Source: Bacteroidota bacterium
Lineage (GTDB): Bacteria; Bacteroidota; Bacteroidia; Bacteroidales; FEN-979
DNA: 64,000 nucleotides
NCBI GenBank assembly: GCA_026391845.1
Contig: JAPLDG010000300.1
Location: 19,595-83,594 of the forward strand
Direction of reading: 5' to 3'
The notes below the pieces were generated by a model. It saw only the letters and a program-made list of their open reading frames with translations. It was not told the DNA's origin and did no database searches. The position numbers and the translations under genes are program-made. Shown in pieces: positions 43,527 through 53,522 of the stretch (positions are counted from its first letter, which is position 1; each line of letters starts with the position of its first letter).

Positions 43527-44165
43527 ATGGAAATTTCACAAAAATTTATTGAAAATGCGATTTTTGGCGAATACATATATGATTGTTTTAGAAATGATGA
43601 TTTTGATCCGGAATTTTTTGCTGAAATCCATAAAATGATATTAGTTGAAAATGAGTATGAGGAACGTATTATACGGGTCATAGCAAGTATAAAAATCCGT
43701 AAGTATCAGGAAGCCAGAATTGCTATGCCCTGTCGGAATGAGTTAGCCAGCGAACTGGAACAGCGGAGGTGTGTTGTTTTAAGCCTGTTGAAGGGAATCA
43801 TGGCCACATCATCCATGGCCTCTCCTGATGAGATTGCAGATGCCCGGATTCGATGGATCCGATACCATGACCAACAGGACAGCTATGATCCCCAGGGATA
43901 TCATAACCAGGTGTACCGGGAGTTTATAAAAGTGAAAAGCCTGGAAGATCTTGGAAGATTCAACATTTTCTTTCACAACTATATCCTGGATCTGGTTTTC
44001 GGGTTAGCTGAAATTTATATCAAACGATTGCGCTATGCCATGGAACATCTCAGGGGCAAGGAATCATTAGAGGAGGCTTGTGCGAAAGGAGCCATGAACC
44101 TCGAAAAATTTGAACATTATTTGGGGGAGATCAAAACATTCAATCCAGCCACTTCAGACATTTAA
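43527..44165 (+). CDS. Hypothetical all-alpha cytoplasmic protein (first gene of the TPR-AAA+ cassette)
   Basis: 212 aa from ATG 43527 (MEISQKFIENAIFGEY...). The track's upstream extension (43404) runs through the CTD relic and is unlikely to be coding. No TM, no signal peptide, no motif recognised. Confidence 0.6.
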   Translation: MEISQKFIENAIFGEYIYDCFRNDDFDPEFFAEIHKMILVENEYEERIIRVIASIKIRKYQEARIAMPCRNELASELEQRRCVVLSLLKGIMATSSMASPDEIADARIRWIRYHDQQDSYDPQGYHNQVYREFIKVKSLEDLGRFNIFFHNYILDLVFGLAEIYIKRLRYAMEHLRGKESLEEACAKGAMNLEKFEHYLGEIKTFNPATSDI

Positions 44166-44168
44166 ATA

Positions 44169-45482
44169 ATGAACGAAAATGCAATAAATAATCTCAGGGA
44201 AGCCTTACAATATTCCCCCGACAATATTCCGCTGAGACATCACCTTGCCGAAACACTCCAACAAGCCAATCGCCTGGATGAGGCTGAAATTGAGTATGTG
44301 AAATTGTTGAAAATGACCCACGATAATAAGTATAAAACAGGGTTGGCCCGGGTTTTCTATCTGAAAGGCGAATATTCCAAGTGCAATGTATTGCTCGAGG
44401 ACATGATTGCCTCCGGGGCAGGGGAATTTGAAACGATCATCCTGCATGCAAGGGCATTGATGAAAGAGAATCTGATCGCCAGGGCAGTTGATCAATATCA
44501 AAAAGCTTTAAATATCAAACCGGACTTCCAGGATGAGGAACTTGACCGCGAACTCAGGCGTTCGAAAAATTCAGGAGAGATGCCTGATGGCACCGATTCC
44601 TCTGATGCTATTCTGCAAATGCCATTGATCAATTTCGATGATGTGGGCGGGATGACCAACATTAAAAAAGAGATCGATCTGAAGATCATCAAGCCCATGT
44701 TGTATCCGGATATTTATAAAGCTTATGGGAAAAAGACCGGGGGAGGGATTTTGCTTTACGGTCCCCCGGGCTGCGGGAAAACGCACATTGCAAAAGCAAC
44801 CGCAGGGCAGGTTAAGGCAAGTTTCATCAATGTACGGCTGGACAATATTTTAGATATGTGGATTGGCAAGAGCGAAAAAAACCTTCATTATCTCTTTGAA
44901 ATTGCCCGCCAAAACAAACCCTGCGTATTATTCATCGATGAAATTGACGCTTTAGGAGCCAGTCGCAGCGATATGAAACAATCAGCAGGAAGGCATCTGA
45001 TCAACCAGTTTTTACAGGAGCTCGACGGGTTGGGAAATAACAACGACGGCATCCTGGTGCTTGGTGCAACCAATGCGCCCTGGCATCTCGACCCTGCTTT
45101 CAGACGACCGGGCCGTTTTGACCGGATCATTTTTGTCCCGCCACCTGACGAAATCGCACGGGAGGCAATCATTGGCATCAAATTAAAAAACAAGCCTGTC
45201 AATAACATTGACTCCAAACACCTGGCTAAAAAACTCGATCATTACTCCGGCGCGGATATTGAAGCGATCATCGACATTGCGATTGAAGAAAAACTTGAAA
45301 ATTCATTTTTGGACGGGATGCCCAAACCAATTACCACCAGGGATTTGCTGAATGCTGCAAAAAATCACAGGGCAAGCACACAGGAGTGGTTTTCAACGGC
45401 CAGGAACTACGCCTTGTATTCCAATGAATCCGGCCTTTACAACGACATACTAACCTATCTGCAAATCAATGTTCAAAAATGA
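44169..45482 (+). CDS. N-terminal TPR + classic-clade AAA+ ATPase (Cdc48/FtsH/Vps4-like ATPase module, no protease or TM domain)
   Basis: Walker A GPPGCGKTH, Walker B CVLFIDEIDAL, second region of homology ATNAPWHLDPAFRRPGRFDRIIFVPPPD. About 140 aa of N-terminal TPR-like helices. Starts 3 nt after the previous stop. Confidence 0.9.
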   Translation: MNENAINNLREALQYSPDNIPLRHHLAETLQQANRLDEAEIEYVKLLKMTHDNKYKTGLARVFYLKGEYSKCNVLLEDMIASGAGEFETIILHARALMKENLIARAVDQYQKALNIKPDFQDEELDRELRRSKNSGEMPDGTDSSDAILQMPLINFDDVGGMTNIKKEIDLKIIKPMLYPDIYKAYGKKTGGGILLYGPPGCGKTHIAKATAGQVKASFINVRLDNILDMWIGKSEKNLHYLFEIARQNKPCVLFIDEIDALGASRSDMKQSAGRHLINQFLQELDGLGNNNDGILVLGATNAPWHLDPAFRRPGRFDRIIFVPPPDEIAREAIIGIKLKNKPVNNIDSKHLAKKLDHYSGADIEAIIDIAIEEKLENSFLDGMPKPITTRDLLNAAKNHRASTQEWFSTARNYALYSNESGLYNDILTYLQINVQK

Positions 45483-46726
45483 AAGAGGATATGATCCACC
45501 GGGCTGCCATCTTAATCGAGCAGGGAAGATTTGCTGATGCCGAAAGCTACCTGAGAAATGCGCTCTCTGAAGACCCGGATAATTCCGGTTTGATTGCCAT
45601 GCTGGCAGAGGCGACCCTCAACCAGGATAAAAATGATGACGCCCTCTGTCTGATCAACAATGCCATCGGGCTAAGCCCGGAAAATGGTGAACTTTTTTCC
45701 ATTAAATCCAGGGTTTTGATTCGGGTTGGCAAATTCTATGAAGCCGAGGAGTGCATCATGCAATCCATCGATTCAGACCCGGTCAACAGCCAGGCTTATG
45801 CAATTTTAGCGTTAATTCAACTGAACACCGGCAGATTTCAGGACGCATTGGCAATGTCGGATAAAGCGCTGAAATTCAATCCATCGAACCTTCTTGCATT
45901 AAACACCAGAAGCAGCGCATTATTAAAGCTAAGGAAAAAGGAAGAATCCTTCCGTACTATAAAAGATGCCTTGAAAGAAGATCCGAATAACGCCTTTACC
46001 CATGCCAACTATGGCTGGGGACTTTTGGAGACAGGCAATTATCAGAAAGCGCTCGAACACTTTAAAGAGGCGCTGAAGAAAGATCCGAATAATCAATATG
46101 CCCGGGCAGGCATGAAGGAGGCATTAAAGGCAAGATATATCCTCTACATGTTTTTTTTAAAGTATGCATTCTGGATTGGCAGATTATCAAAAACAAAGCA
46201 ATGGATGTTCATCATTGGGTTCTTTATTCTGACCTTATTTATCCGCAACCTTGCATCCGGCATCCAATCAACGAGTGTTTATGCTGTATTCTTTCTCGTC
46301 TATTTTGGAGTCCCGCTTTTCACCTGGGTTGTCACCCCGGTCACCAACCTGTTTTTGCTGTTAAACCCATACGGCAGATACCTGCTCAACGACAATGAAA
46401 CAATGAACGCCCATTTTGTGGCAGGCTCCTTTATCGTAAGTGTTATAGGGCTTTTACTATACATTACAACGGGCGACGGTTACTTCCTGACCATCACCTT
46501 TTTTGGGCTGCTGATGACCATCCCTTTCAGCACACTTTTTATAAATTCCAAACACCAGGTTGAAGTTGCAGCTTACGTAATTATCCTTGTAATACTAGGA
46601 TTTATTGCATGTGCAAGCTCATATTTATTCGGAGGATCATTTACAGGGTGGGCTTTTGTGTTCAACATCGGCATCATTTTATTTCAACTCCGGATCAACG
46701 ACCTGGCGATCAATTCTGCCACATAG
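45479..46726 (+). CDS. TPR-repeat protein with C-terminal polytopic (about 6 TM) membrane domain
   Basis: ATGA overlap with the AAA+ gene. About 210 aa of TPRs (...DPDNSGLIAMLAEA..., ...DPNNAFTHANYGWG..., ...DPNNQYARAGM...) followed by about six hydrophobic helices. Confidence 0.8.
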   Translation: MKEDMIHRAAILIEQGRFADAESYLRNALSEDPDNSGLIAMLAEATLNQDKNDDALCLINNAIGLSPENGELFSIKSRVLIRVGKFYEAEECIMQSIDSDPVNSQAYAILALIQLNTGRFQDALAMSDKALKFNPSNLLALNTRSSALLKLRKKEESFRTIKDALKEDPNNAFTHANYGWGLLETGNYQKALEHFKEALKKDPNNQYARAGMKEALKARYILYMFFLKYAFWIGRLSKTKQWMFIIGFFILTLFIRNLASGIQSTSVYAVFFLVYFGVPLFTWVVTPVTNLFLLLNPYGRYLLNDNETMNAHFVAGSFIVSVIGLLLYITTGDGYFLTITFFGLLMTIPFSTLFINSKHQVEVAAYVIILVILGFIACASSYLFGGSFTGWAFVFNIGIILFQLRINDLAINSAT

Positions 46727-46794
46727 GCAGATCAATGGGCAGCAGACATTCCAAAGATTGTTTACTTTTATGCCGTAATCCTAAAACTTGACCG

Positions 46795-49700
46795 ATGAGG
46801 CATAAGGTACCTGATTTTTTTCTTCTCTTCTTTCTCCTGACCGGGCTGACGGGAATATGCCAGAACCAGCACAAAATCGACTCTCTTCAAACCGAACTCA
46901 AAAAATTTGAAATCAGGAAAAAGGGTGCCGGAAGCAGGGCATCTTCCATTCAAGACAGTTTAAAAGTTTTACTTCTGGCTGAAATCAGCAATTGTTACTT
47001 TATCGGGAAAATACCGGATAAATCAATGGAATATGCACAACAATGTGAGGATTTATCAGAAAAGATCGGTTACAAAAAAGGGTTGTGGAAAGCGCGTCTG
47101 AGGATCGGGGCGATATATGGCATGAATCATGATTTCAAGCAGGCCATGGATGCATACCGGAAAGCATTACCGGCAGCCCTCGAAACCGGCGATAAAGAGG
47201 CCGCCGGGAAAATTTATACAAATATGGCAATCGCCTGTAACACCCAGGGAAATTTTACCGATGCAAAAAACAATGGGCTGATGGCCGTGAAAATGTTTCT
47301 CGCCGCCGGGAATAAACCCTTTGCCGCCGAGGCGTATATGAACCTTGGCAACGCGTATGCTTGTTTATCAATGGCCTCTGATGCATTAAAGTGTTTTTTA
47401 TATTCTCTGGACATCTTCAAAGAAATGGGGAATCAGGCCCGTGCTGCAATGGCGTATAATAATCTGGCCATTGTCTATACCGGTGAAAAGCAATATGCAG
47501 AAGCATTGAGGTATTATCTGCTTAGTAAGGAAATAAGTGCAGCAACCAACGATTCTGCCGGCCTGGCATGGAGTTACCGGAGCATCGGAGCCAATTACAA
47601 TGAAGAGCGCAACTATCCGGAAGCGCTGAAAAACCTGTTCAGCGCCCTGAAGATCCATGAAAAAACAGGCGACAAGGATGGGATCGCGCGGGAGAAATCC
47701 ATCATTGGCGACATCTATTCTAAAATCGGGAATTATTCAATGGCATTGCGCTACCTGAAGGAAGCATTGACACAATTTCAGGAAACGGGTTCTAAATCGA
47801 TGATGGCCTATGCAGAGCATTCCATCGGAGTTGTGCTAAAAAAACAGGGGGATTTCGATAATGCATTAAAGCACATAACCAGAGGGCTGGAATTGTCACG
47901 TGAGATAGACTACACCATGATTATGGACGAGGGGTATAAAAACCTTGCAGAGATCCATGCCCACCTGCAAAACTACAAAGCCGCCTACGAAAATGAGGTG
48001 CTCTTCAACAAATTTCATGATTCCATCTATAACAGTGAAACCACGAAGAAACTGACGGGCCTGCAGATGAAATTCGATTTTGACAAACAGCACCAGGCAG
48101 ACAGTTTGCAACATGCTCATGAAAACAAGATCAATCTGTTAAACCTGAAAAAGCAAAAAACATACACCGGGTTAGGCATTGCAGGGATTGTGCTGGTGAT
48201 GTTGCTGTTGTTTTTTGTTTTTCGCAATTTCAAAAACCAGCGCAAAGCCACGGAACAGATGGCGATTGCACGACAAAGGGCTGAACAATCGGAGAGATTC
48301 AAACATCAGTTCCTGGCTAACATGAGCCATGAGATCCGCACCCCCATGAATGCCGTGATGGGGATGACCAACCTGGTTCTGGATTCCCCATTGAATGCAA
48401 AACAGCGCTTCTACCTCGAAGGTGTCAGGAAGTCAGGAGAAACGCTGCTGCATATCATCAACGACATTCTCGACCTTTCGAAGATTGAAGCAGGGAAAAT
48501 GGATCTTGAAAAAATACATTTCAGCGTCTCAGATCTGCTGGATCAGGTGAAACAAACGCTGCAGCATAAAGCGGAGGAAAAGGGAGTGCAACTGATAACA
48601 GGGATCGACGCCGAAGTGTGTGATGTGCTGATGGGAGATCCGGTTCGTCTCAACCAGGTATTGATCAACCTTACGGGAAATGCGATAAAATTCACCGAAA
48701 AAGGCAGTGTCACGATCAAAGTGGAAAAAGGCGTGTTGGAATCTTCCATAAAATTTTCAATCATTGATACCGGTATCGGCATTCCACAGGATAAACTGCA
48801 AACGGTGTTCGATAGTTTCACCCAGGCCAACTCCTCCGATACCAGAAAGTTCGGCGGAACAGGATTGGGACTTTCCATCAGCAAACAACTGGTTGAACTC
48901 ATGGATGGAAAAATTGCGATCGAAAGCCGTGAAGGTTACGGATCTGTCTTTTCATTTGAAATCCATTGTCCTGAAGGCAAAGCAGAACTGTTGATGGAAC
49001 AAACATCAGCGGAAGAAATTGATGGAACCATCCTTGACGGGTTGAAAATCCTTTTGGCAGATGACAATGAATATAACCGCATCGTGACCAACGACACCCT
49101 GCGATCGAAGGCAAAGGTTGAAATTACAGAGGCGACAAACGGGCTGGAGGTTGTCGATTTGCTTAATAATCAAGATTTTGATGTTGTGCTCATGGATGTG
49201 CAGATGCCAATGATGGACGGCTACGAAGCCACACGGCAGATCCGTGGGAAATTTACATCCCCGAAAAATCAGATACAGATCATTGCCCTCACGGCCAGCG
49301 TGATCCGCAGCGACCTGGACAAATGCCGTGAAGCAGGGATGAATGATTATGTTCCCAAACCATTCAACACCGCTCACCTGATCGCTGTCATTGCAAAAGC
49401 GACAGGAAGAGAAATCAGGTTTTCAGGTGCGAAAATTCCGGCGGGAATAAGTGAAACAGGACAAAAAATCAGTAATACCGATCTATCCTATCTCAAACAA
49501 TTTTGTGACGGAGATAAAGTCCGGATGCAAAAATATATCGATATATTTTTAGCGTCGGTACCCGCTTTTATCAGCAAGATGCAACTTGCATCAGACGCCG
49601 GTGATTTTCGTGAAATTGCCAGTCAGATGCATGGTTATAGAACAAAACTTTTGATGATGGGGATGAATGACGCCAAAGATCTTGCAGAGGAAATAGAACT

Positions 49701-49809
49701 GCAATGTGCGCAGCAAGGGAACCCGGACCTGGTAATCTTGAAAGTGCAAAAAGTTATTCAGCAGGTTCAGACCGCTGATCAGGAACTGAGGGGGCATAGT
49801 TTTTTATAA
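46795..49809 (+). CDS. Hybrid sensor histidine kinase: N-terminal TPR array, TM, HisKA, HATPase_c, REC, HPt
   Basis: H box FLANMSHEIRTPMNAVMGM. G boxes IIDTGIGIP / GGTGLGLSI. REC ILLADDNEYNR...VLMDVQMPMMDG. C-terminal HPt-like QMHGYRTKLLMMG. Confidence 0.9.
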   Translation: MRHKVPDFFLLFFLLTGLTGICQNQHKIDSLQTELKKFEIRKKGAGSRASSIQDSLKVLLLAEISNCYFIGKIPDKSMEYAQQCEDLSEKIGYKKGLWKARLRIGAIYGMNHDFKQAMDAYRKALPAALETGDKEAAGKIYTNMAIACNTQGNFTDAKNNGLMAVKMFLAAGNKPFAAEAYMNLGNAYACLSMASDALKCFLYSLDIFKEMGNQARAAMAYNNLAIVYTGEKQYAEALRYYLLSKEISAATNDSAGLAWSYRSIGANYNEERNYPEALKNLFSALKIHEKTGDKDGIAREKSIIGDIYSKIGNYSMALRYLKEALTQFQETGSKSMMAYAEHSIGVVLKKQGDFDNALKHITRGLELSREIDYTMIMDEGYKNLAEIHAHLQNYKAAYENEVLFNKFHDSIYNSETTKKLTGLQMKFDFDKQHQADSLQHAHENKINLLNLKKQKTYTGLGIAGIVLVMLLLFFVFRNFKNQRKATEQMAIARQRAEQSERFKHQFLANMSHEIRTPMNAVMGMTNLVLDSPLNAKQRFYLEGVRKSGETLLHIINDILDLSKIEAGKMDLEKIHFSVSDLLDQVKQTLQHKAEEKGVQLITGIDAEVCDVLMGDPVRLNQVLINLTGNAIKFTEKGSVTIKVEKGVLESSIKFSIIDTGIGIPQDKLQTVFDSFTQANSSDTRKFGGTGLGLSISKQLVELMDGKIAIESREGYGSVFSFEIHCPEGKAELLMEQTSAEEIDGTILDGLKILLADDNEYNRIVTNDTLRSKAKVEITEATNGLEVVDLLNNQDFDVVLMDVQMPMMDGYEATRQIRGKFTSPKNQIQIIALTASVIRSDLDKCREAGMNDYVPKPFNTAHLIAVIAKATGREIRFSGAKIPAGISETGQKISNTDLSYLKQFCDGDKVRMQKYIDIFLASVPAFISKMQLASDAGDFREIASQMHGYRTKLLMMGMNDAKDLAEEIELQCAQQGNPDLVILKVQKVIQQVQTADQELRGHSFL

Positions 49810-49840
49810 ATTTGTACGCTTTTTTAACCCTGAAGAACAC

Positions 49841-51172
49841 ATGAAAAAACACTTTCTTTTCTCCCTAATGATGCTTATTATCCACTCCATGCAGGCTCAG
49901 TGGTCTGTTGAACACCTTTCAACGGCACGAAGCTGGATCGGGGCGGTGACAGCCCAAAACCAAGTTTATTTTGCCGGAGGATATATTGAGGATGTTGTCG
50001 GCACCATGACCAGACGAATTGATATTTATAACAATACGACCGGAATCTGGAGCATTGATTCTTTATCCGAGCCCCGGGGAGATATCGGCGTTGCGTATAT
50101 AAACAACAAAATATTTTTTGCCGGCGGTACAACCAATGGTTTTGGAAGTAGCAAAATAACAGATATTTATGACATAACAACCTCTTCATGGCATGTTGAT
50201 TCACTTCAAACATACCAGGGATCAGCAGTTCCGGCGGTGATAAACAATAAGATCATGTTTGCCGGAGGTACAACTCCGGGTGGCAATGGCGTTACAAAAA
50301 CAGTGAGTGTTTATGATGATGCCACGGGCCTTTGGTCCAAAGATTCATTATCTCTGGCCAGGTTCGGCCATGGCGGGGCTGCGATCGGCAATATTGCCGT
50401 TTTTGCAGGAGGGTACACCAATACTTCGACCTATCCGACTACCAACCGGGTTGATATTTATAATGCTTCTACCGGTTTATGGACGACTGCTACACTTTCT
50501 CAGGCAAGAGGAAACATAGCTGCAATTGCTCACGGAACAAAAATTTATTTTGCCGGTGGCCTTGTCAGTGTGAACACCGGGGTATTGTCCGACAAAGTCG
50601 ACATCTATGATGTAACCACTGCCACATGGAGTACTGCAACCCTGTCGCAAAAAAGGCGAAATATAGCCGTTGCTTCCCTGGGGGATGAAATTTTCTTTGC
50701 CGGCGGAGAACGAACTTTTAATACGATGACACCCTCTGACAGGGTTGACATCTATCATGTGACCACAAACACCTGGACCACTGATACATTACCTGTACCT
50801 CAGGATGCTGCGGTTGGCGCCAGTGTCGGAAACAAAATAATGATTGCCGGAAGTGAAGACTATCTGGCTCACAGCTTTTCGGATGTGGTAAATGTTTTCA
50901 CATCCACGACAATTGGAATGTCCGAAACATCTATCAATGGGATCCTGGCTGTCTGGCCGAATCCTTCAAAAGATAAAATAACAATCAGAATCCCATATGA
51001 AATTCCCGGCGGAAGAATAGCTGTTTATTCCATCAATGGACAATTCCAATTTGAGCAGCGACTCCTTCCCGGAAAGACAGAAATTGATATCAGCCAATTA
51101 CCGAAAGGAATATATTTTGTCAGGTTCATGAATGATTCAATTGTTGATGTGTCGAAAATCATTAAAAACTAA
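49841..51172 (+). CDS. Kelch-repeat beta-propeller protein with T9SS C-terminal sorting domain
   Basis: Signal peptide. About 7 repeats ending in (Y/F)FAGG...(V)DIY(D/N)xxT(x)xW. CTD LAVWPNPSKDKITIRI...KGIYFVRFMN. Confidence 0.85.
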   Translation: MKKHFLFSLMMLIIHSMQAQWSVEHLSTARSWIGAVTAQNQVYFAGGYIEDVVGTMTRRIDIYNNTTGIWSIDSLSEPRGDIGVAYINNKIFFAGGTTNGFGSSKITDIYDITTSSWHVDSLQTYQGSAVPAVINNKIMFAGGTTPGGNGVTKTVSVYDDATGLWSKDSLSLARFGHGGAAIGNIAVFAGGYTNTSTYPTTNRVDIYNASTGLWTTATLSQARGNIAAIAHGTKIYFAGGLVSVNTGVLSDKVDIYDVTTATWSTATLSQKRRNIAVASLGDEIFFAGGERTFNTMTPSDRVDIYHVTTNTWTTDTLPVPQDAAVGASVGNKIMIAGSEDYLAHSFSDVVNVFTSTTIGMSETSINGILAVWPNPSKDKITIRIPYEIPGGRIAVYSINGQFQFEQRLLPGKTEIDISQLPKGIYFVRFMNDSIVDVSKIIKN

Positions 51173-51267
51173 AAGCCTGTTAATGTTCCTGGTTTCTTGA
51201 TGATTTTTCCATAAAAATTATTCTTCGTAAGGAATTTTTCGGAACTTCGCATTTCATACTCCCAAGA

Positions 51268-52908
51268 ATGAATTCCAAAACCACGAACCTGATTGCTGTT
51301 TTTGAAGCAGCCATTCGGGATAATCTGGATCTTACCGCCCTTACTGATTATGGTGGTGATTCATACACTTACAAACAGACGGGTGAACGGATTTTAAAGG
51401 TTCATGCGCTTTTCAGGGCCGCCGGTATCAAAAAGGGTGATCACATCGCCCTGCTGGGCAAAAATTCAGCCCACTGGTGCATGATTTACCTGGCAACCGT
51501 TACCTATGGCGCCGTGATCGTTCCCATTCTTCCCGATTTCAAACCGGCCGACATCCATTACATCGTTACACACTCCGATTCACTCATCCTTTTCGCAGAA
51601 GAGGCCATCTACAAGGATCTGAATCCGGAAGCGATGCCGCTGCTCTGGCACATCCTGAAAATCCAGGATGATTCGGTCATGTACGAACGGGATACCCCCC
51701 TTGAAAATCACAAATTACGCATAAAGGATCCGCCAACAGGCTTCTCTCCGGAGCAACTGAATTTTCCCCCTTCGCTCCCCGACGACATTGCCGTGATCAG
51801 CTACACATCGGGAACTACAGGATTTTCCAAGGGAGTCGTTCTTCAGCATAAGAGTCTGCTGGGAAACATCCTTTACGCCCATCGGAACATGCCGCTCAAT
51901 CCAAGGGATAAAATTTTGTCATTTTTGCCCCTCGCCCATACCTACGGTTGTGCTTTTGAGTTCCTATTTCCCTTCACCCTGGGATGTGACATTACATTTC
52001 TCACCAAGACCCCGTCGCCAAAGATCATCATGCAGGCTTTCCAGGAGATCCGTCCGGCGCTGATTCTTTCCGTACCGCTGGTGATCGAAAAAATTTACAA
52101 ATCCCAGATTCTCCCTGCGCTCCGTAAACCTGCCGTGAGGATCATGACGCAGATACCATTATTAAACAACCTGGTATATCAAAAGATCAGGAAAAAGATG
52201 GTTGAAGTGTTCGGAGGAAATTTCAGGGAACTGGTGATCGGGGGCGCCCCGTTCAATGCTCAGGCCGAACATTTCTTTAAAAAGATGAACTTCCCTTTTA
52301 CCGTCGGTTATGGCATGACCGAATGCGGACCGCTCATCTCTTACGCATCCTGGAAGACCACCCACATCGGGGCTTCCGGGCGATCGGTTGACGAACTCGA
52401 GGTTCGCATCGATTCCCCCGATCCGCATCATCAGTCGGGCGAGATCCTGATGCGCGGAAACCATGTCATGATGGGTTACTACAAAAATGAAGAAGCCACC
52501 AAAGCGGTGCTTGATGACGCAGGCTGGCTGCACTCGGGCGACCTCGGCATCATCGACCGGAAAGGAAACATTTACATCAGGGGGCGCAGCAAAAGCATGA
52601 TCCTCGGTCCCTCCGGCAAAAACATCTATCCCGAAGAGATCGAATCGGTACTCAACAACAGGTTCATCGTAATGGAATCGCTGGTGATCGAGCGCGATGA
52701 CAAACTGGTTGCGCTCATTTACCCCGACTACGATGCCATGGAAAGAGCCAACCATAAGAAGGAGGATCTGGAGGGAATTTTCAAGGGATACATTCATGAC
52801 CTGAACCACCACCTGCCCAAATATATCCGTATCGCTGATTTTGAGATCGTACAGTCCGAATTCGAAAAAACCCCCAAGAAGAGCATCAAACGGTTTCTCT
52901 ACCAGTAA
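51268..52908 (+). CDS. AMP-forming long-chain acyl-CoA synthetase (ANL superfamily)
   Basis: AMP-binding motif ISYTSGTTGFSKGV, GYGMTE, and SGDLG...G..YIRGRSK. Confidence 0.9.
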   Translation: MNSKTTNLIAVFEAAIRDNLDLTALTDYGGDSYTYKQTGERILKVHALFRAAGIKKGDHIALLGKNSAHWCMIYLATVTYGAVIVPILPDFKPADIHYIVTHSDSLILFAEEAIYKDLNPEAMPLLWHILKIQDDSVMYERDTPLENHKLRIKDPPTGFSPEQLNFPPSLPDDIAVISYTSGTTGFSKGVVLQHKSLLGNILYAHRNMPLNPRDKILSFLPLAHTYGCAFEFLFPFTLGCDITFLTKTPSPKIIMQAFQEIRPALILSVPLVIEKIYKSQILPALRKPAVRIMTQIPLLNNLVYQKIRKKMVEVFGGNFRELVIGGAPFNAQAEHFFKKMNFPFTVGYGMTECGPLISYASWKTTHIGASGRSVDELEVRIDSPDPHHQSGEILMRGNHVMMGYYKNEEATKAVLDDAGWLHSGDLGIIDRKGNIYIRGRSKSMILGPSGKNIYPEEIESVLNNRFIVMESLVIERDDKLVALIYPDYDAMERANHKKEDLEGIFKGYIHDLNHHLPKYIRIADFEIVQSEFEKTPKKSIKRFLYQ

Positions 52909-52911
52909 TGA

Positions 52912-53484
52912 ATGCATCAATTTCACACAATTAAACCCTTCATAATGGAAACAAAACGATTTAAAAACTGGTGGTTCCTTGCCTTGAACGGAGGCATCTT
53001 CACTCTTTTCGGCGTTCTGATGCTTTTATTTACCCAGGAATTCATTAAAACGCTGCTGATTTATTTCGGCATCGTCATGCTGGCAGGCGGAGTCTTCATG
53101 CTGCTGGCTGGTATCAATAACATCCGGCGGGATAAGGCCGGTGCGATGATCCTCGTTGAATCCATCGTGGCCATGGCCATCGGAATAGCCCTGATTTTTT
53201 TTCCGGATGCTTCGGCGGCCGTATTTTTAATCATGATCGGTATCTGGGCCATCATCATCGGGATCATTCAATTGGTGATCCTTGTGAACATCAAGGGTGT
53301 AATTGCCAATAAAAACATGCTCCTGATCAATGGTTTGCTTACCATCGCCCTCGGGGTCATCCTGTTGTTTAATCCCTTTCAATGGGCGCTCATCCTGATA
53401 AAAATCATTGGCGCATTTGCCGCGATCTTCGGAATCCTGCTGATCTACTTTTCATTTGTGTTGAGGAGGGTGAAGACGGCGTGA
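52912..53484 (+). CDS. HdeD/DUF308-family membrane protein
   Basis: Six hydrophobic helices with the repeated G(I/V)xxIxxG(I/V) pattern of DUF308. An alternative start is METKRFKNWW at 52945. Confidence 0.75.
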   Translation: MHQFHTIKPFIMETKRFKNWWFLALNGGIFTLFGVLMLLFTQEFIKTLLIYFGIVMLAGGVFMLLAGINNIRRDKAGAMILVESIVAMAIGIALIFFPDASAAVFLIMIGIWAIIIGIIQLVILVNIKGVIANKNMLLINGLLTIALGVILLFNPFQWALILIKIIGAFAAIFGILLIYFSFVLRRVKTA

Positions 53485-53522
53485 CGCGTGACACGTGACG
53501 CGTGACACGTGACGGGTGATAA
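53481..53522. repeat. Six phased heptamers GTGACGC|GTGACAC|GTGACGC|GTGACAC|GTGACGG|GTGATAA filling the gap between two convergent stop codons
   Basis: GTGAC occurs at 53481, 53488, 53495, 53502 and 53509, with GTGAT at 53516. The HdeD stop (53482-53484) lies in unit 1 and the cyclase stop (53523-53525) follows unit 6. The unit is the same as at 32993-33018. Confidence 0.65.

Noticed and set aside
53481-53522. Whether the heptamer arrays (also 32993-33056 and 24703-24744) could be CRISPR or a mini-CRISPR
   Set aside because: The units are 7 nt and directly abutting with no spacers. There are no cas genes and no leader. They are microsatellite-like arrays, not CRISPR.
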